Positions 34,706-48,400 of a DNA stretch of 52,343 bases are shown one piece after another. Position numbers and translations under genes: made by a program. A model generated the notes under the pieces. That model saw only the letters and a program-made list of their open reading frames with translations. It made no database searches and was not told the origin of the DNA. Source of the stretch: Octopus sinensis (taxonomy: Eukaryota); the NCBI RefSeq assembly GCF_006345805.1, contig NW_021832984.1, positions 1-52,343 of the forward strand, given 5' to 3'. Each line of letters begins with the position of its first letter. The stretch's first letter is position 1.

Positions 34706-36476
34706 TACTTTGATACTTTGATACTTTGATAGGTTTAGGCCAGTTATTAAAAAAGGCCATGTCTAACTTAATAGCACCACCTGGTGAAGGATATCAAGTC
34801 AGAATTTGGGCACTATGGCCCACTCAAGTAGAGAGTTATTGTTTACAGAAACATATCCGGGTGTAGGGGGTTTATCCGGGATTTCTTGAAGGAATCTGTC
34901 CAAAGACTTCTTGAACCCTATAGGGTTAGTTTCTGTTTTAATGTGTTTTGGTGTAATGTTAAAGAGAGCGGGGCCAATTGAGGTGAAATAATTGTGCCGT
35001 ATTGTTGTTGTGAGATGAGAGTGCGATTTTTGTTTTGGGCAGATGGCACGGGGCCCAAGCCTTGGGTGTACCTTAAAGGTGATGCCAACATCATTTGGGC
35101 AATGCTGATGGAATATTTTCCACATCATGCAGTTGATGTAGCGCTCACGACGACGTTGGAGAGAATAAAGTTTTAGCTTTTCTAGTCGACCCCAGTAGTC
35201 GAGGCCTGTCATGCCATCTATCTTTTTTGTGATTGCCCTTTGAGTGCTTCAACTTTTATGATATCATGTGGGGAGACCACAGTGGACAACAGTATTCAAG
35301 GTGGGGTCTGGCAAAAGTGGAGAAGAGAAGGATAATGGTGTGGATACCTCTCGACTTGAAAGTTCTGAGAATCCAGGAACACATTCTGCGGGCCATGTCA
35401 ACTTTGGTGTTTATATGAGTGGCCCAGCTTATGTTGTCCACAATTACTCCCAAGTCTCTGATGTTGTTGGACGCCGCGAGAGTTTCACCTGATGGAAGGG
35501 AGTATGGGAGTTTCAGGGCATCCTCTTTTCCAAAGTAGATTAACTCAAATTTATCCTCGTTCAGCAGCATATTGTTTTTTTCTGCCCATTGGATAACAGC
35601 CAGTAGATCTGACTGAAGGCATGTCCGGTCACTCGCCTCATTTATGACCTTCTGTAGCTTGGAATCATCTGCAAAGATTTTTATGTTGCTGTGCTTGATG
35701 ATGTCATTAATGTCATTAATGTAAATGATGAAAAGAAGTGGGCCCAGCACAGTGCCTTGCGGAACGCCACTACTGACTTTGGCTGGGCTTCATTTTACCC
35801 CTTCAACTACAACATGTTGAGATCTGTCTGTCAGGAAACACGTGATCCATTTCAGTAACTTTCCAGAGACACCAATGTTGGATAGTTTTTTCAATAGGAT
35901 CTTGTGATCGACCCTGTCGAAGGCCTTACTGAAATCAAGGTAGATGACATCGGTGTTGGAGCCCTCTCCCAAAGCTCTCAGAATGTCCTCAAAGTGATGC
36001 AGGAGCTGCGTTAGGCAGTCCCTTCCATTACGGAACCCATGTTGGTTGGAGATCAGCCGTCTGTTGCTTTCCAGAAATTGGGTTATTCGAGATCTCACCA
36101 CCCTCTCAAATATCTTGAAGATATGAGAGGTGAGTGAGATCGGACGGTAGTTCACTACAAGGGACTTGTTTCCCTTTTTGAAAACTGGGACAACAGACTG
36201 GGACAGAAGGTTTTTTGGAATATAGCCAGCAACCAGTGAGTTTCTCCACAGATAAGCAAGGGGAGATGCAAGTTGGTGTCGACAAACCTTCAGGACACAA
36301 CCAGGGAACCTATCGGTGCCTACTGTTGAATTGTGTTTTATTTCGTTTATCGCCGCTAAGACATCAGGGGCACTAAAAGTTATGTCCAATATAGTGTGTT
36401 GGGGGTTGACATCACTGATACAGCCCAGATCGGCCATATCAGGATTGCTGAAAACAGAGCAGTATTGTTTCTGCAG
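34706..36476 (-). mobile_element. CR1-group LINE, 3' half (RT), (TATCAAAG)n tail; 5' side runs into the satellite
   Basis: NYRPISLTS, QHGFRNGRDC, IYLDFSKAFDRVDH, LGPLLFIIYIND, FADDSK, RPHLEYC; tail reads TACTTTGA x3 on +. Confidence 0.92.
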
Positions 36477-39400
36477 AAAAAAGAGCAGTATTGTTTCTGC
36501 AGAAAACAGAGCAGTATTGTTTCTGCAGAAAACAGAGCAGTATTGTTTCTGCAGAAAACAGAGCAGTATTGTTTCTGCAGAAAATAGAGCAGTATTGTTT
36601 CTGCAGAAAACAGAGCAGTATTGTTTCTGCAGAAAATAGAGCAGTAATGTTCTGCAGAAAAGAGAGCAGTATTGTTTCTGCAGAAAAGAGAGCAGTATTG
36701 TTTCTGCAGAAAACAGAGCAGTATTGTTTCTGCAGAAAACAGAGCAGTATTGTTTCTGCAGAAAACAGAGCAGTTTTGTTTCTGCAGAAAATAGAGCAGT
36801 ATTGTTTCTGCAGAAAACAGAACAGTATTGTTTCTGCAGAAAATAGAGCAGTATTGTTTCTGCAGAAAACAGAGCAGTATAGTTTCTGCAGAAAACAGAG
36901 CAGTATTGTTTCTGCAGAAAACAGAGCAGTATTGTTTCTGCAGAAAATAGAGCAGTATTGTTTCTGCAGAAAACAGAGCAGTATTGTTTCTGCAGAAAAC
37001 AGAGCAGTATTGTTTCTGCAGAAAACAGAGCAGTATTGTTTCTGCAAAAACAGAGCAGTATTGTTTCTTTTTCTGCAGAAAACAGAGCAGTATTGTTTCT
37101 GCAGAAAACAGAGCAGTATCGTTTCTGCAGAAAAAGAGCAGTATTGTTTCTGAAAAAATAGAGCAGTATTGTTTCTGCAGAAAACAGAGCAGTATTGTTT
37201 CTGCAGAAAACAGAGCAGTATTGTTTCTGCAGAAAATAGAGCAGTATTGTTTCTGCAGAAAACAGAGCAGTATTGTTTCTGCAGAAAACAGAGCAGTATT
37301 GTTTCTGCAGAAAACAGAGCAGTATTGTTTCTGCAGAAAACAGAGCAGTATTGTTTCTGCAGAAAACAGAGCAGTATTGTTTCTGCAGAAAATAGAGCAG
37401 TATTGTTTCTGCAGAAAACAGAGCAGTATTGTTTGTTTCTGCAGAAAACAGAGCAGTATTGATTCTGCAGAAAACAGAGCAGTATTGTTTCTGCAGAAAA
37501 CAGAGCAGTATTGTTTCTGCAGAAACAGAGCAGTATTGTTTCTGCAGAAAACAGAGCAGTATTGTTTCTGCAGAAAGAGAGCAGTATTGTCTCGGCAGAA
37601 AACAGAGCAGTATTGTTTCTGCAGAAAAGAGAGCATATTGTTCTGCACAAAAGAGAGCAGTATTGTTTCTGTAGAAAAGAGAGCAGTATTGTTTCTGCAG
37701 AAAATAGAGCAGTATTGTTTCTGCAGAAAACAGAGCAGTTTTGTTTCTGCAGAAATAGAGCAGTTTTGTTTCTGCAGAAAATAGAGCAGTATTGTTTCTG
37801 CAGAAAACAGAGCAGTTTGTTTCTGTAGAAAAGAGAGCAGTATTGTTTCTGCAGAAAATAGAGCAGTATTGTTTCTGCACAAAGAGAGCAGTTTTGTTTC
37901 TGTAGAAAGAGAGCAGTATTGTTTCTGCAGAAAATAGAGCAGTATTGTTTCTGCAGAAAACAGAGCAGTTTTTGTTTCTGCAGAAAATAGAGCAGTATTG
38001 TTTCTGCAGAAACAGAGCAAGTATTGTTTCTGCAGAAAACAGAGCAGTTTTGTTTCTGCAGAAATAGAGCAGTATTGTTTCTGCGCAGAAAACAGAGCAG
38101 TATTGTTTCTGCAGAAATAGAGCAGTATTGTTTCTGCAGAAAACAGAGCAGTATTGTTTCTGCAGAAAACAGAGCAGTATTGTTTCTGCAGAAAATAGAG
38201 CAGTATTGTTTCTGCAGAAATAGAGCAGTATTGTTTCTGCAGAAAACAGCAGTATTGTTTCTGCTGCAGAAAACAGAGCAGTATTGTTTCTGCTGAAAAA
38301 TAGAGCAGTATTGTTTCTGCAGAAACAGAGCAGTATTGTTTCTGCAGAAACAGAGCAGTATTGTTTCTGCAGAAAATGAGCAGTATTGTTTCTGCTGCAG
38401 AAATAGAGCAGTATTGTTTCTGCAGAAAACAGAGCAGTATTGTTTCTGCAGAAAACAGAGCAGTATTGTTTCTGCAGAAAACAGAGCAGTTTTTGTTTCT
38501 GCAGAAAATAGAGCAGTATTGTTTCTGTAGAAAACAGAGCAGTATTGTTTCTGCAGAAATAGAGCAATATTGTTTCTGCAGAAATAGCAGTATTGTTTCT
38601 GCAGAAAACAGAGCAGTATTGTTTCTGCAGAAAATAGAGCAGTATTGTTTCTGCAGAAAACAGAGCAGTATTGTTTCTTCAGAGAAAACAGAGCTGAATT
38701 GTTTCTGCAGAAAATAGAGCAGTATTTTTTCTGCAGGAAACAGAGCAGTATTGTTTCTGCAGAAAACAGAGCAGTATTGTTTCTGCAGAAATAAGCAGCA
38801 TTGTTTCTGCAGAAAACAGAGCAGTATTGTTTCTGCAGAAAACAGAGCAGTATTGTTTCTGCAGAAAACAAGAGCAGTATTGTTTCTGCAGAAAACAGAG
38901 CAGTATTGTTTCTGCAGAAACAGAGCAGTATTGTTTCTGCAGAAAACAGAGCAGTATTGTTTCTGCAGAAAACAGAGCAGTATTGTTTCTGCAGAAAACA
39001 GAGCAGTATTGTTTCTGCAGAAAATAGAGCAGTATTGTTTCTGCAGAAAACAGAGCAGTATTGTTTCTGCAGAAAACAGAGCAGTATTGTTTCTGCAGAA
39101 AACAGAGCAGTATTGTTTCTGCAGAAAACAGAGCATATTGTTCTGCAGAAAACAGAGCAGTATTGTTTCTGCAGAAAATAGCAGTATTTGTTTCTGCAGA
39201 AAACAGAGCAGTATTGTTTCTCTGCAGAAAAAAGAACTGAATGTTTCTGCAGAAATAGAGCAGTATTGTTTCTGCAGAAAACAGAGCAGTATTGTTTCTG
39301 CAGAAAACAGAGCAGTATTGTTTCTGCAGAAAATAGAGCAGTATTGTTTTCTGCAGAAAACAGAGCAGTATTGTTTCTGCAGAAAACAGAGCAGTATTGT

Positions 39401-42400
39401 CTCGGCAGAAAAGAGCAGTATTGTTTCTGCAGAAAAGAGCAGTATTGTTTCTGCAGAAAACAGAGCAGTATTGTTTCTGCAGAAATAGAGCAGTATTGTT
39501 TCTGCAGAAAACAGAGCAGTATAGTTTTTCTGCAGAAAACAGAGCAGTATTGTTTCTGCAGAAAACAGAGCAGTATTGTTTCTGCAGAAAATAGAGCAGT
39601 ATTGTTTCTGCAGAAAACAGCAGTATTGTTTCTGCAGAAAACAGAGCAGTATTGTTTCTGCAGAAAACAGAGCAGTATTGTTTCTGCAGAAAACAGAGCA
39701 GTATTGTTTCTGCAGAAAACAGAGCAGTATTGTTTCTGCAGAAAACAGAGCAGTATCGTTTCTGCAGAAAAAAGAGCAGTATTGTTTCTGAAAAAAATAG
39801 AGCAGTATTGTTTCTGCAGAAAACAGAGCAGCATTGTTTCTGCAGAAAACAGAGCAGTATTGTTTCTGCAGAAAATAGAGCAGTATTGTTTCTGCAGAAA
39901 ACAGAGCAGTATTGTTTCTGCAGAAAACAGAGCAGTATTGTTTCTGCAGAAAACAGAGCAGTATTGTTTCTGCAGAAAACAGAGCAGTATTGTTTCTGCA
40001 GAAAATAGAGCAGTATTGTTTCTGCAGAAAATAGAGCAGTATTGTTTCTGCAGAAAACAGAGCAGTATTGTTTCTGCAGAAAACAGAGCAGTATTGATTC
40101 TGCAGAAAACAGAGCAGTATTGTTTCTGCAGAAAACAGAGCAGTATTGTTTCTGCAGAAAACAGAGCAGTATTGTTTCTGCAGAAAACAGAGCAGTATTG
40201 TTTCTGCAGAAAAGAGAGCAGTATTGTCTCGGCAGAAAACAGAGCAGTATTGTTTCTGCAGAAAAGAGAGCAGTATTGTTCTGCACAAAAGAGAGCAGTA
40301 TTGTTTCTGTAGAAAAGAGAGCAGTATTGTTTCTGCAGAAAATAGAGCAGTATTGTTTCTGCAGAAAACAGAGCAGTTTTGTTTCTGCAGAAAATAGAGC
40401 AGTTTTGTTTCTGCAGAAAATAGAGCAGTATTGTTTCTGCAGAAAACAGAGCAGTTTTGTTTCTGTAGAAAAGAGAGCAGTATTGTTTCTGCAGAAAATA
40501 GAGCAGTATTGTTCTGCACAAAAGAGAGCAGTTTTGTTTCTGTAGAAAAGAGAGCAGTATTGTTTCTGCAGAAAATAGAGCAGTATTGTTTCTGCAGAAA
40601 ACAGAGCAGTTTTGTTTCTGCAGAAAATAGAGCAGTATTGTTTCTGCAGAAGACAGAGCAGTATTGTTTCTGCAGAAAACAGAGCAGTTTTGTTTCTGCA
40701 GAAAATAGAGCAGTATTGTTTCTGCAGAAAACAGAGCAGTATTGTTTTGTTTCTGCAGAAAAGAGCAGTATTGTTTCTGCAGAAACAGAGCAGTATTGTT
40801 CTGCAGAAAACAGAGCAGTTTGTTTCTGCAGAAAATAGAGCAGTATTGTTTCTGCAGAAAATAGAGCAGTATTGTTTCTGCAGAAAACAGAGCAGTATTG
40901 TTTCTGCAGAAAACAGAGCAGTATTGTTTCTGCAGAAAATAGAGCAGTATTGTTTCTGCAGAAAACAGAGCAGTATTGTTTCTGCAGAAAACAGAGCAGT
41001 ATTGTTTCTGCAGAAAATAGAGCAGTATTGTTTCTGCAGAAAATAGAGCAGTATTGTTTCTGCAGAAAACAGAGCAGTATTGTTTCTGCAGAAACAGAGC
41101 AGTATTGTTTCTGCAGAAAACAGAGCAGTTTTGTTTCTGCAGAAAATAGAGCAGTATTGTTTCTGTAGAAAACAGAGCAGTATTGTTTCTGCAGAAAATA
41201 GAGCAATATTGTTTCTGCAGAAAATAGAGCAGTATTGTTTCTGCAGAAAACAGAGCAGTATTGTTTCTGCAGAAAATAGAGCAGTATTGTTTCTGCAGAA
41301 AACAGAGCAGTATTGTTTCTTCAGAAAACAGAGCTGAATTGTTTCTGCAGAAAATAGAGCAGTATTGTTTCTGCAGGAAACAGAGCAGTATTGTTTCTGC
41401 AGAAAACAGAGCAGTATTGTTTCTGCAGAAAATAGAGCAGTATTGTTTCTGCAGAAAACAGAGCAGTATTGTTTCTGCAGAAAACAGAGCAGTATTGTTT
41501 CTGCAGAAAACAGAGCAGTATTGTTTCTGCAGAAAACAGAGCAGTATTGTTTCTGCAGAAAACAGAGCAGTATTGTTTCTGCAGAAAACAGAGCAGTATT
41601 GTTTCTGCAGAAAACAGAGCAGTATTGTTTCTGCAGAAACAGAGCAGTATTGTTTCTGCAGAAAATAGAGCAGTATTGTTTCTGCAGAAAACAGAGCAGT
41701 ATTGTTTCTGCAGAAAACAGAGCAGTATTGTTTCTGCAGAAAACAGAGCAGTATTGTTTCTGCAGAAAACAGAGCAGTATTGTTTCTGCAGAAAACAGAG
41801 CAGTATTGTTTCTGCAGAAAATAGAGCAGTATTGTTTCTGCAGAAAACAGAGCAGTATTGTTTCTGCAGAAAAAAGAACTGAATTGTTTCTGCAGAAAAT
41901 AGAGCAGTATTGTTTCTGCAGAAAACAGAGCAGTATTGTTTCTGCAGAAAACAGAGCAGTATTGTTTCTGCAGAAAATAGAGCAGTATTGTTTCTGCAGA
42001 AAACAGAGCAGTATTGTTTCTGCAGAAAACAGAGCAGTATTGTCTCGGCAGAAAAGAGAGCAGTATTGTTTCTGCAGAAAAGAGAGCAGTATTGTTTCTG
42101 CAGAAAACAGAGCAGTATTGTTTCTGCAGAAAATAGAGCAGTATTGTTTCTGCAGAAAACAGAGCAGTATTGTTTCTGCAGAAAACAGAGCAGTATTGTT
42201 TCTGCAGAAAACAGAGAAGTATTGTTTTTGCAGAAAACAGAGCAGTATTGTTTCTGCAGAAAACAGAGCAGTATTGTTTCTGCAGAAAACAGAGCAGTAT
42301 TGTTTCTGCAGAAAACAGAGCAGTATTGTTTCTGCAGAAACAGAGCAGTATTGTTTCTGCAGAAAACAGAGCAGTATTGTTTCTGCAGAAAACAGAGCAG

Positions 42401-45400
42401 TATTGTTTCTGTAAAAATAGAGCAGTATTGTTTCTGCAGAAAACAGAGCAGTATGTTTTTCTGCAGAAACAGAGCAGTATTGTTTCTGCAGAAAATAGAG
42501 CAGTATTGTTTCTGCAGAAAATAGAGCAGTATGTTTTCTCTGCAGAAAACAGAGCAGTATTGTTTCTGCTGCAGAAAACAGAGCAGTATTGTTTCTGCAG
42601 AAAAGAGCAGTATTGTTCTGCAGAAAAGAGAGCAGTATTGTTTCTGCAGAAAACAGAGCAGTATTGTTTCTGCAGAAAACAGAGCAGTATTGTTTCTGCA
42701 GAAAACAGAGCAGTATTGTTTCTGCAGAAAACAGAGCAGTTTTGTTTCTGCAGAAAATAGAGCAGTATTGTTTCTGCAGAAAACAGAGCAGTATTTTTCT
42801 GCAGAAAACAGAGCAGTATTGTTTTCTGCAGAAAACGGAGCAGTATTGTTTCTGCAGAAAACAGAGCAGTATTGTTTCTCTGTAGAAAATAGAGCAGTAT
42901 TGTTTCTGCAGAAAACAGAGCAGTATTGTTTCTGCAGAAACAGAGCAGTATTGTTTCTGCAGAAAATAGAGCAGTATTGTTTCTGCAGAAAATAGAGCAG
43001 TATTGTTTCTGCAGAAACAGAGCATATTGTTTCTGTTTCTCTGCAGAAAACAGAGCAGTATTGTTTCTGCAGCGAAACAGAGCAGTATTGTTCTGCAGAA
43101 AAGAGAGCAGTATTGTTTCTGCAGAAAACAGAGCAGTATTGTTTCTGCAGAAAACAGAGCAGTATTGTTTCTGCAGAAAATAGAGCAGTATTGTTTCTGC
43201 TGAAAATAGAGCAGTATTGTTTCTGCAGAAAACAGAGCAGTATTGTTTCTGCAGAAAATAGAGCAGTATTGTTTCTGCAGAAAATAGAGCAGTATTGTTT
43301 CTGCAGAAAACAGAGCAGTATTGTTTCTGCAGAAAACAGAGCAGTATTGTTTCTGCAGAAAACAGAGCAGTATTGTTCTGCAGAAAAGAGAGCAGTCTTG
43401 TTTCTGCAGAAAACCGAGCAGTATTGTTTCTGCAGAAAACAGAGCAGTATTGTTTCTGCAGAAACCAGAGCAGTATTGTTTCTGCAGAAAACAGAGCAGT
43501 TTTGTTTCTGCAGAAAATAGAGCAGTATTGTTTCTGCAGAAAACAGAGCAGTATTGTTTCTGCAGAAAATAGAGCAGTATTGTTTCTGCAGAAAATAGAG
43601 CAGTATTGTTTCTGCAGAAAACAGAGCAGTATTGTTTCTGCAGAAAATAGTGCAGTATTGTTTCTGCAGTAAACAGAGCAGTATTGTTTCTTCAGAAAAT
43701 AGAGCTGAATTGTTTCTGCAGAAAATAGAGCAGTATTGTTTCTGCAGGAAACAGAGCAGTATTGTTTCTGCAGGAAACAGAGCAGTATTGTTTCTGCAGA
43801 AAATAGAGCAGTATTGTTTCTGCAGAAAACAGAGCAGTATTGTTTCTGCAGAAAACAGAGCAGTATTGTTTCTGCAGAAAACAGAGCAGTATTGTTCCTG
43901 CAGAAAACAGAGCAGTATTGTTTCTGCAGAAAACAGAGCAGTATTGTTTCTGCAGAAAACAGAGCAGTATTGTTTCTGCAGAAAACAGAGCAGTTTTGTT
44001 TCTGCAGAAAATAGAGCAGTATTGTTTCTGCAGTAAACAGAGCAGTATTGTTTCTGCAGAAAATAGAGCAGTATTGTTTCTGCAGAAAATAGAGCAGTAT
44101 TGTTTCTGCAGAAAACAGAGCAGTATTGTTTCTGCAGAAAATAAAGCAGTATTGTTTCTGCAGAAAACAGAGCATTATTGTTTCTGCAGAAAACAGAGCT
44201 GAATTGTTTCTGCAGAAAATAGAGCAGTATTGTTTCTGCAGGAAACAGAGCAGTATTGTTTCTGCAGAAAACAGAGCAGTATTGTTTCTGCAGAAAATAG
44301 AGCAGTATTGTTTCTGCAGAAAACAGAGCAGTATTGTTTCTGCAGAAAACAGAGCAGTATTGTTTCTGCAGAAAACATAGCAGTATTGTTTCTGCAGAAA
44401 ACAGAGCAGTATTGTTTTTGCAGAAAATAGAGCAGTATTGTTTCTCTGCAGAAAATAGAGCAGTATTGTTTCTGCAGAAAACAGAGCAGTATTGTTTCTG
44501 CAGAAACAGAGCAGTATTGTTTTCTGCAGAAAACAGAGCAGTATTGTTTCTGCAGAAAATAGAGCAGTATTGTTTCTGCAGAAAACAGAGCAGTATTGTT
44601 TCTGCTGCAGAAAACAGAGCAGTATTGTTTCTGCAAAAATAGAGCAGTATTGTTTCCGCAGAAATAGAGCAGTATTGTTTCTGCAGAAAACAGAGCAGTA
44701 TTGTTTCTGCAGAAAACAGAGCAGTATTGTTTCTGCAGAAAACAGAGCAGTATTGATTCTGCAGAAAACAGAGCAGTATTGTTTCTGCAGAAAACAGAGC
44801 AGTATTGTTTCTGCAGAAAACAGAGCAGTATTGTTTCTGCAGAAAACAGAGCAGTATTGTTTCTGCAGAAAACAGAACAGTATTGTTTCTGCAGAAAACA
44901 GAGCAGTATTGTTTCTGCAGAAAATAGAGCAGTATTGTTTCTGCAGAAAACAGAGCAGTATTGTTTCTGCAGAAAACAGAGCAGTATTGTCTCGGCAGAG
45001 ATGGGAGCAGTATTGTTTCTGCAGAAAACAGAGCAGTATTGTTTCTGCAGAAAACAGAGCAGTATTGTTTCTGCAGAAAATAGAGCAGTATGTTTCTGCA
45101 GAAAACAGAGCAGTATTGTTTCTGCAGAAAACAGAACTGAATTGTTTCTGCAGAAAATAGAGCAGTATTGTTTCTGCAGAAAACAGAGCAGTATTGTTTC
45201 TGCAGAAAACAGAGCAGTATTGTTTCTGCAGAAAAGAGAGCAGTATTGTTTCTGCAGAAAACAGAGCAGTATTGTTTCTGCAGAAAATAGAGCAGTATGT
45301 TTCTGCAGAAAACAGAGCAGTATTGTTTCTGCAGAAAACAGAACTGAATTGTTTCTGCAGAAAATAGAGCAGTATTGTTTCTGCAGAAAACAGAGCAGTA

Positions 45401-48400
45401 TTGTTTCTGCAGAAAACAGAGCAGTATTGTTTCTGCAGTAAATACAGCAGTATTGTTTCTGCAGAAAACAGAGCAGTATTGTTTCTGCAGAAAACAGAGC
45501 AGTATTGTCTCGGCAGAAAAGAGAGCAGTATTGTTTCTGCAGAAAAGAGAGCAGTATTGTTTCTGCAGAAAACAGAGCAGTATTGTTTCTGCAGAAAATA
45601 GAGCAGTATTGTTTCTGCAGAAAACAGAGCAGTATTGTTTCTGCAGAAAACAGAGCAGTATTGTTTCTGCAGAAAACAGAGAAGTATTGTTTTTGCAGAA
45701 AACAGAGCAGTATTGTTTCTGCAGAAAACAGAGCAGTATTGTTTCTGCAGAAAACAGAGCAGTATTGTTTCTGCAGAAAACAGAGCAGTATTGTTTCTGC
45801 AGAAAACAGAGCAGTATTGTTTCTGCAGAAAACAGAGCAGTATTGTTTCTGCAGAAAACAGAGCAGTATTGTTTCTGTAGAAAATAGAGCAGTATTGTTT
45901 CTGCAGAAAACAGAGCAGTATTGTTTCTGCAGAAAACAGAGCAGTATTTTTTCTGCAGAAAATAGAGCAGTATTGTTTCTGCAGAAAAGAGAGCAGTATT
46001 GTTTCTGCAGAAAAGAGAGCAGTATTGTTTCTGCAGAAAATAGAGCAGTATTGTTTCTGCAGAAAACAGAGCAGTATTGTTTCTGCAGAAAATAGAGCAG
46101 TATTGTTTCTGCAGAAAACAGAGCAGTATTGTTTCTGCAGAAAACAGAGCTGAATTGTTTCTGCAGAAAATAGAGCAGTATTGTTTCCGTAGAAAACAGA
46201 GCAGTATTGTTTCTGCAGAAAACAGAGCAGTATTGTTTCTGCAGAAAATAGAGCAGTATTGTTTCTGCAGAAAACAGAGCAGTATTGTTTCTGTAGAAAA
46301 CAGAGCAGTATTGTTTCTGCAGAAACAGAGCAGTATTGTTTCTGCAGAAAACAGAGCAGTATTGTTTCTGCAGAAAACAGAGCAGTATTGTTTCTGCAGA
46401 AAACAGAGCAGTATTGTTTCTGCTAGAAAAAGAGCAGTATTGTTTCTGCAGAAAACAGAGCAGTATTGTTTCTGCAGAAAACAGAGCAGTATTGTTTCTG
46501 CAGAAAATAGAGCAGTATTGTTTCTGCAGAAAATAGAGCAGTATTGTTTCTGCAGAAAACAGAGCAGTATTGTTTCTGCAGAAAACAGAGCAGTATTGTT
46601 TCTGCAGAAAAGAGAGCAGTATTGTTCTGCAGAAAAGAGAGCAGTATTGTTTCTGCAGAAAACAGAGCAGTAATGTTTCTGCAGAAAACAGAGCAGTATT
46701 GTTTCTGCAGAAAACAGAGCAGTATTGTTTCTGCAGAAAAGAGAGCAGCTTTGTTTCTGCAGAAAATAGAGCAGTATTGTTTCTGCAGAAAACAGAGCAG
46801 TATTGTTTCTGCAGAAAACAGAGCAGTATTGTTTCTGCAGAAAACAGAGCAGTATTGTTTCTGCAGAAAACAGAGCAGTATTTTTTCTGTAGAAAATAGA
46901 GCAGTATTGTTTCTGCAGAAAACAGAGCAGTATTGTTTCTGCAGAAAACAGAGCAGTGTTGTTTCTGCAGAAAATAGAGCAGTATTGTTTCTGCAGAAAA
47001 GAGAGCAGTATTGTTTCTGCAGAAAATAGAGCAGTATTGTTTCTGCAGAAAACAGAGTAGTATTGTTTCTGCAGAAAATAGAGCAGTATTGTTTCTGCAG
47101 AAAACAGAGCAGTATTGTTTCTGCAGAAAACAGAGCTGAATTGTTTCTGCAGAAAATAGAGCAGTATTGTTTCCGTAGAAAACAGAGCAGTATTGTTTCT
47201 GCAGAAAACAGAGCAGTATTGTTTCTGCAGAGAATAGAGCAGTATTGTTTCTGCAGAAAACAGAGCAGTATTGTTTCTGCAGAAAACAGAGCAGTATTGT
47301 TTCTGCAGAAAATAGAGCAGTATTGTTTCTGCAGAAAACAGAGCAGTATTGTTTCTGCAGAAAACAGAGCAGTATTGTCTCGGCAGAGATGGGAGCAGTA
47401 TTGTTTCTGCAGAAAACAGAGCAGTATTGTTTCTGCAGAAAACAGAGCAGTATTGTTTCTGCAGAAAATAGAGCAGTATTGTTTCTGCAGAAAACAGAAC
47501 TGAATTGTTTCTGCAGAAAATAGAGCAGTATTGTTTCTGCAGAAAACAGAGCAGTATTGTTTCTGCAGAAAACAGAGCAGTATTGTTTCTGCAGTAAATA
47601 CAGCAGTATTGTTTCTGCAGAAAACAGAGCAGTATTGTTTCTGCAGAAAACAGAGCAGTATTGTCTCGGCAGAAAAGAGAGCAGTTGTTTTTCTGCAGAA
47701 AGAGAGCAGTATTGTTTCTGCAGAAAACAGAGCAGTATTGTTTCTGCAGAAAATAGAGCAGTATTGTTTCTGCAGAAAACAGAGCAGTATTGTTTCTGCA
47801 GAAAACAGAGCAGTATTGTTTCTGCAGAAAACAGAGAAGTATTGTTTTTGCAGAAAACAGAGCAGTATTGTTTCTGCAGAAAACAGAGCAGTATTGTTTC
47901 TGCAGAAAACAGAGCAGTATTGTTTCTGCAGAAAACAGAGCAGTATTGTTTCTGCAGAAAACAGAGCAGTATTGTTTCTGCAGAAAACAGAGCAGTATTG
48001 TTTCTGCAGAAAACAGAGCAGTATTGTTTCTGTAGAAAATAGAGCAGTATTGTTTCTGCAGAAAACAGAGCAGTATTGTTTCTGCAGAAAACAGAGCAGT
48101 ATTGTTTCTGCAGAAAATAGAGCAGTATTGTTTCTGCAGAAAATAGAGCAGTATTGTTTCTGCAGAAAAGAGAGCAGTATTGTTTCTGCTGCAGAAATAG
48201 AGCAGTATTGTTTCTGCAGAAAACAGAGCAGTATTGTTTCTGCAGAAATAGAGCAGTATTGTTTCTGCAGAAAACAGAGCAGTATTGTTTCTGCAGAAAA
48301 CAGAGCTGAATTGTTTCTGCAGAAAATAGAGCAGTATTGTTTCCGTAGAAAACAGAGCAGTATTGTTTCTGCAGAAAACAGAGCAGTATTGTTTCTGCAG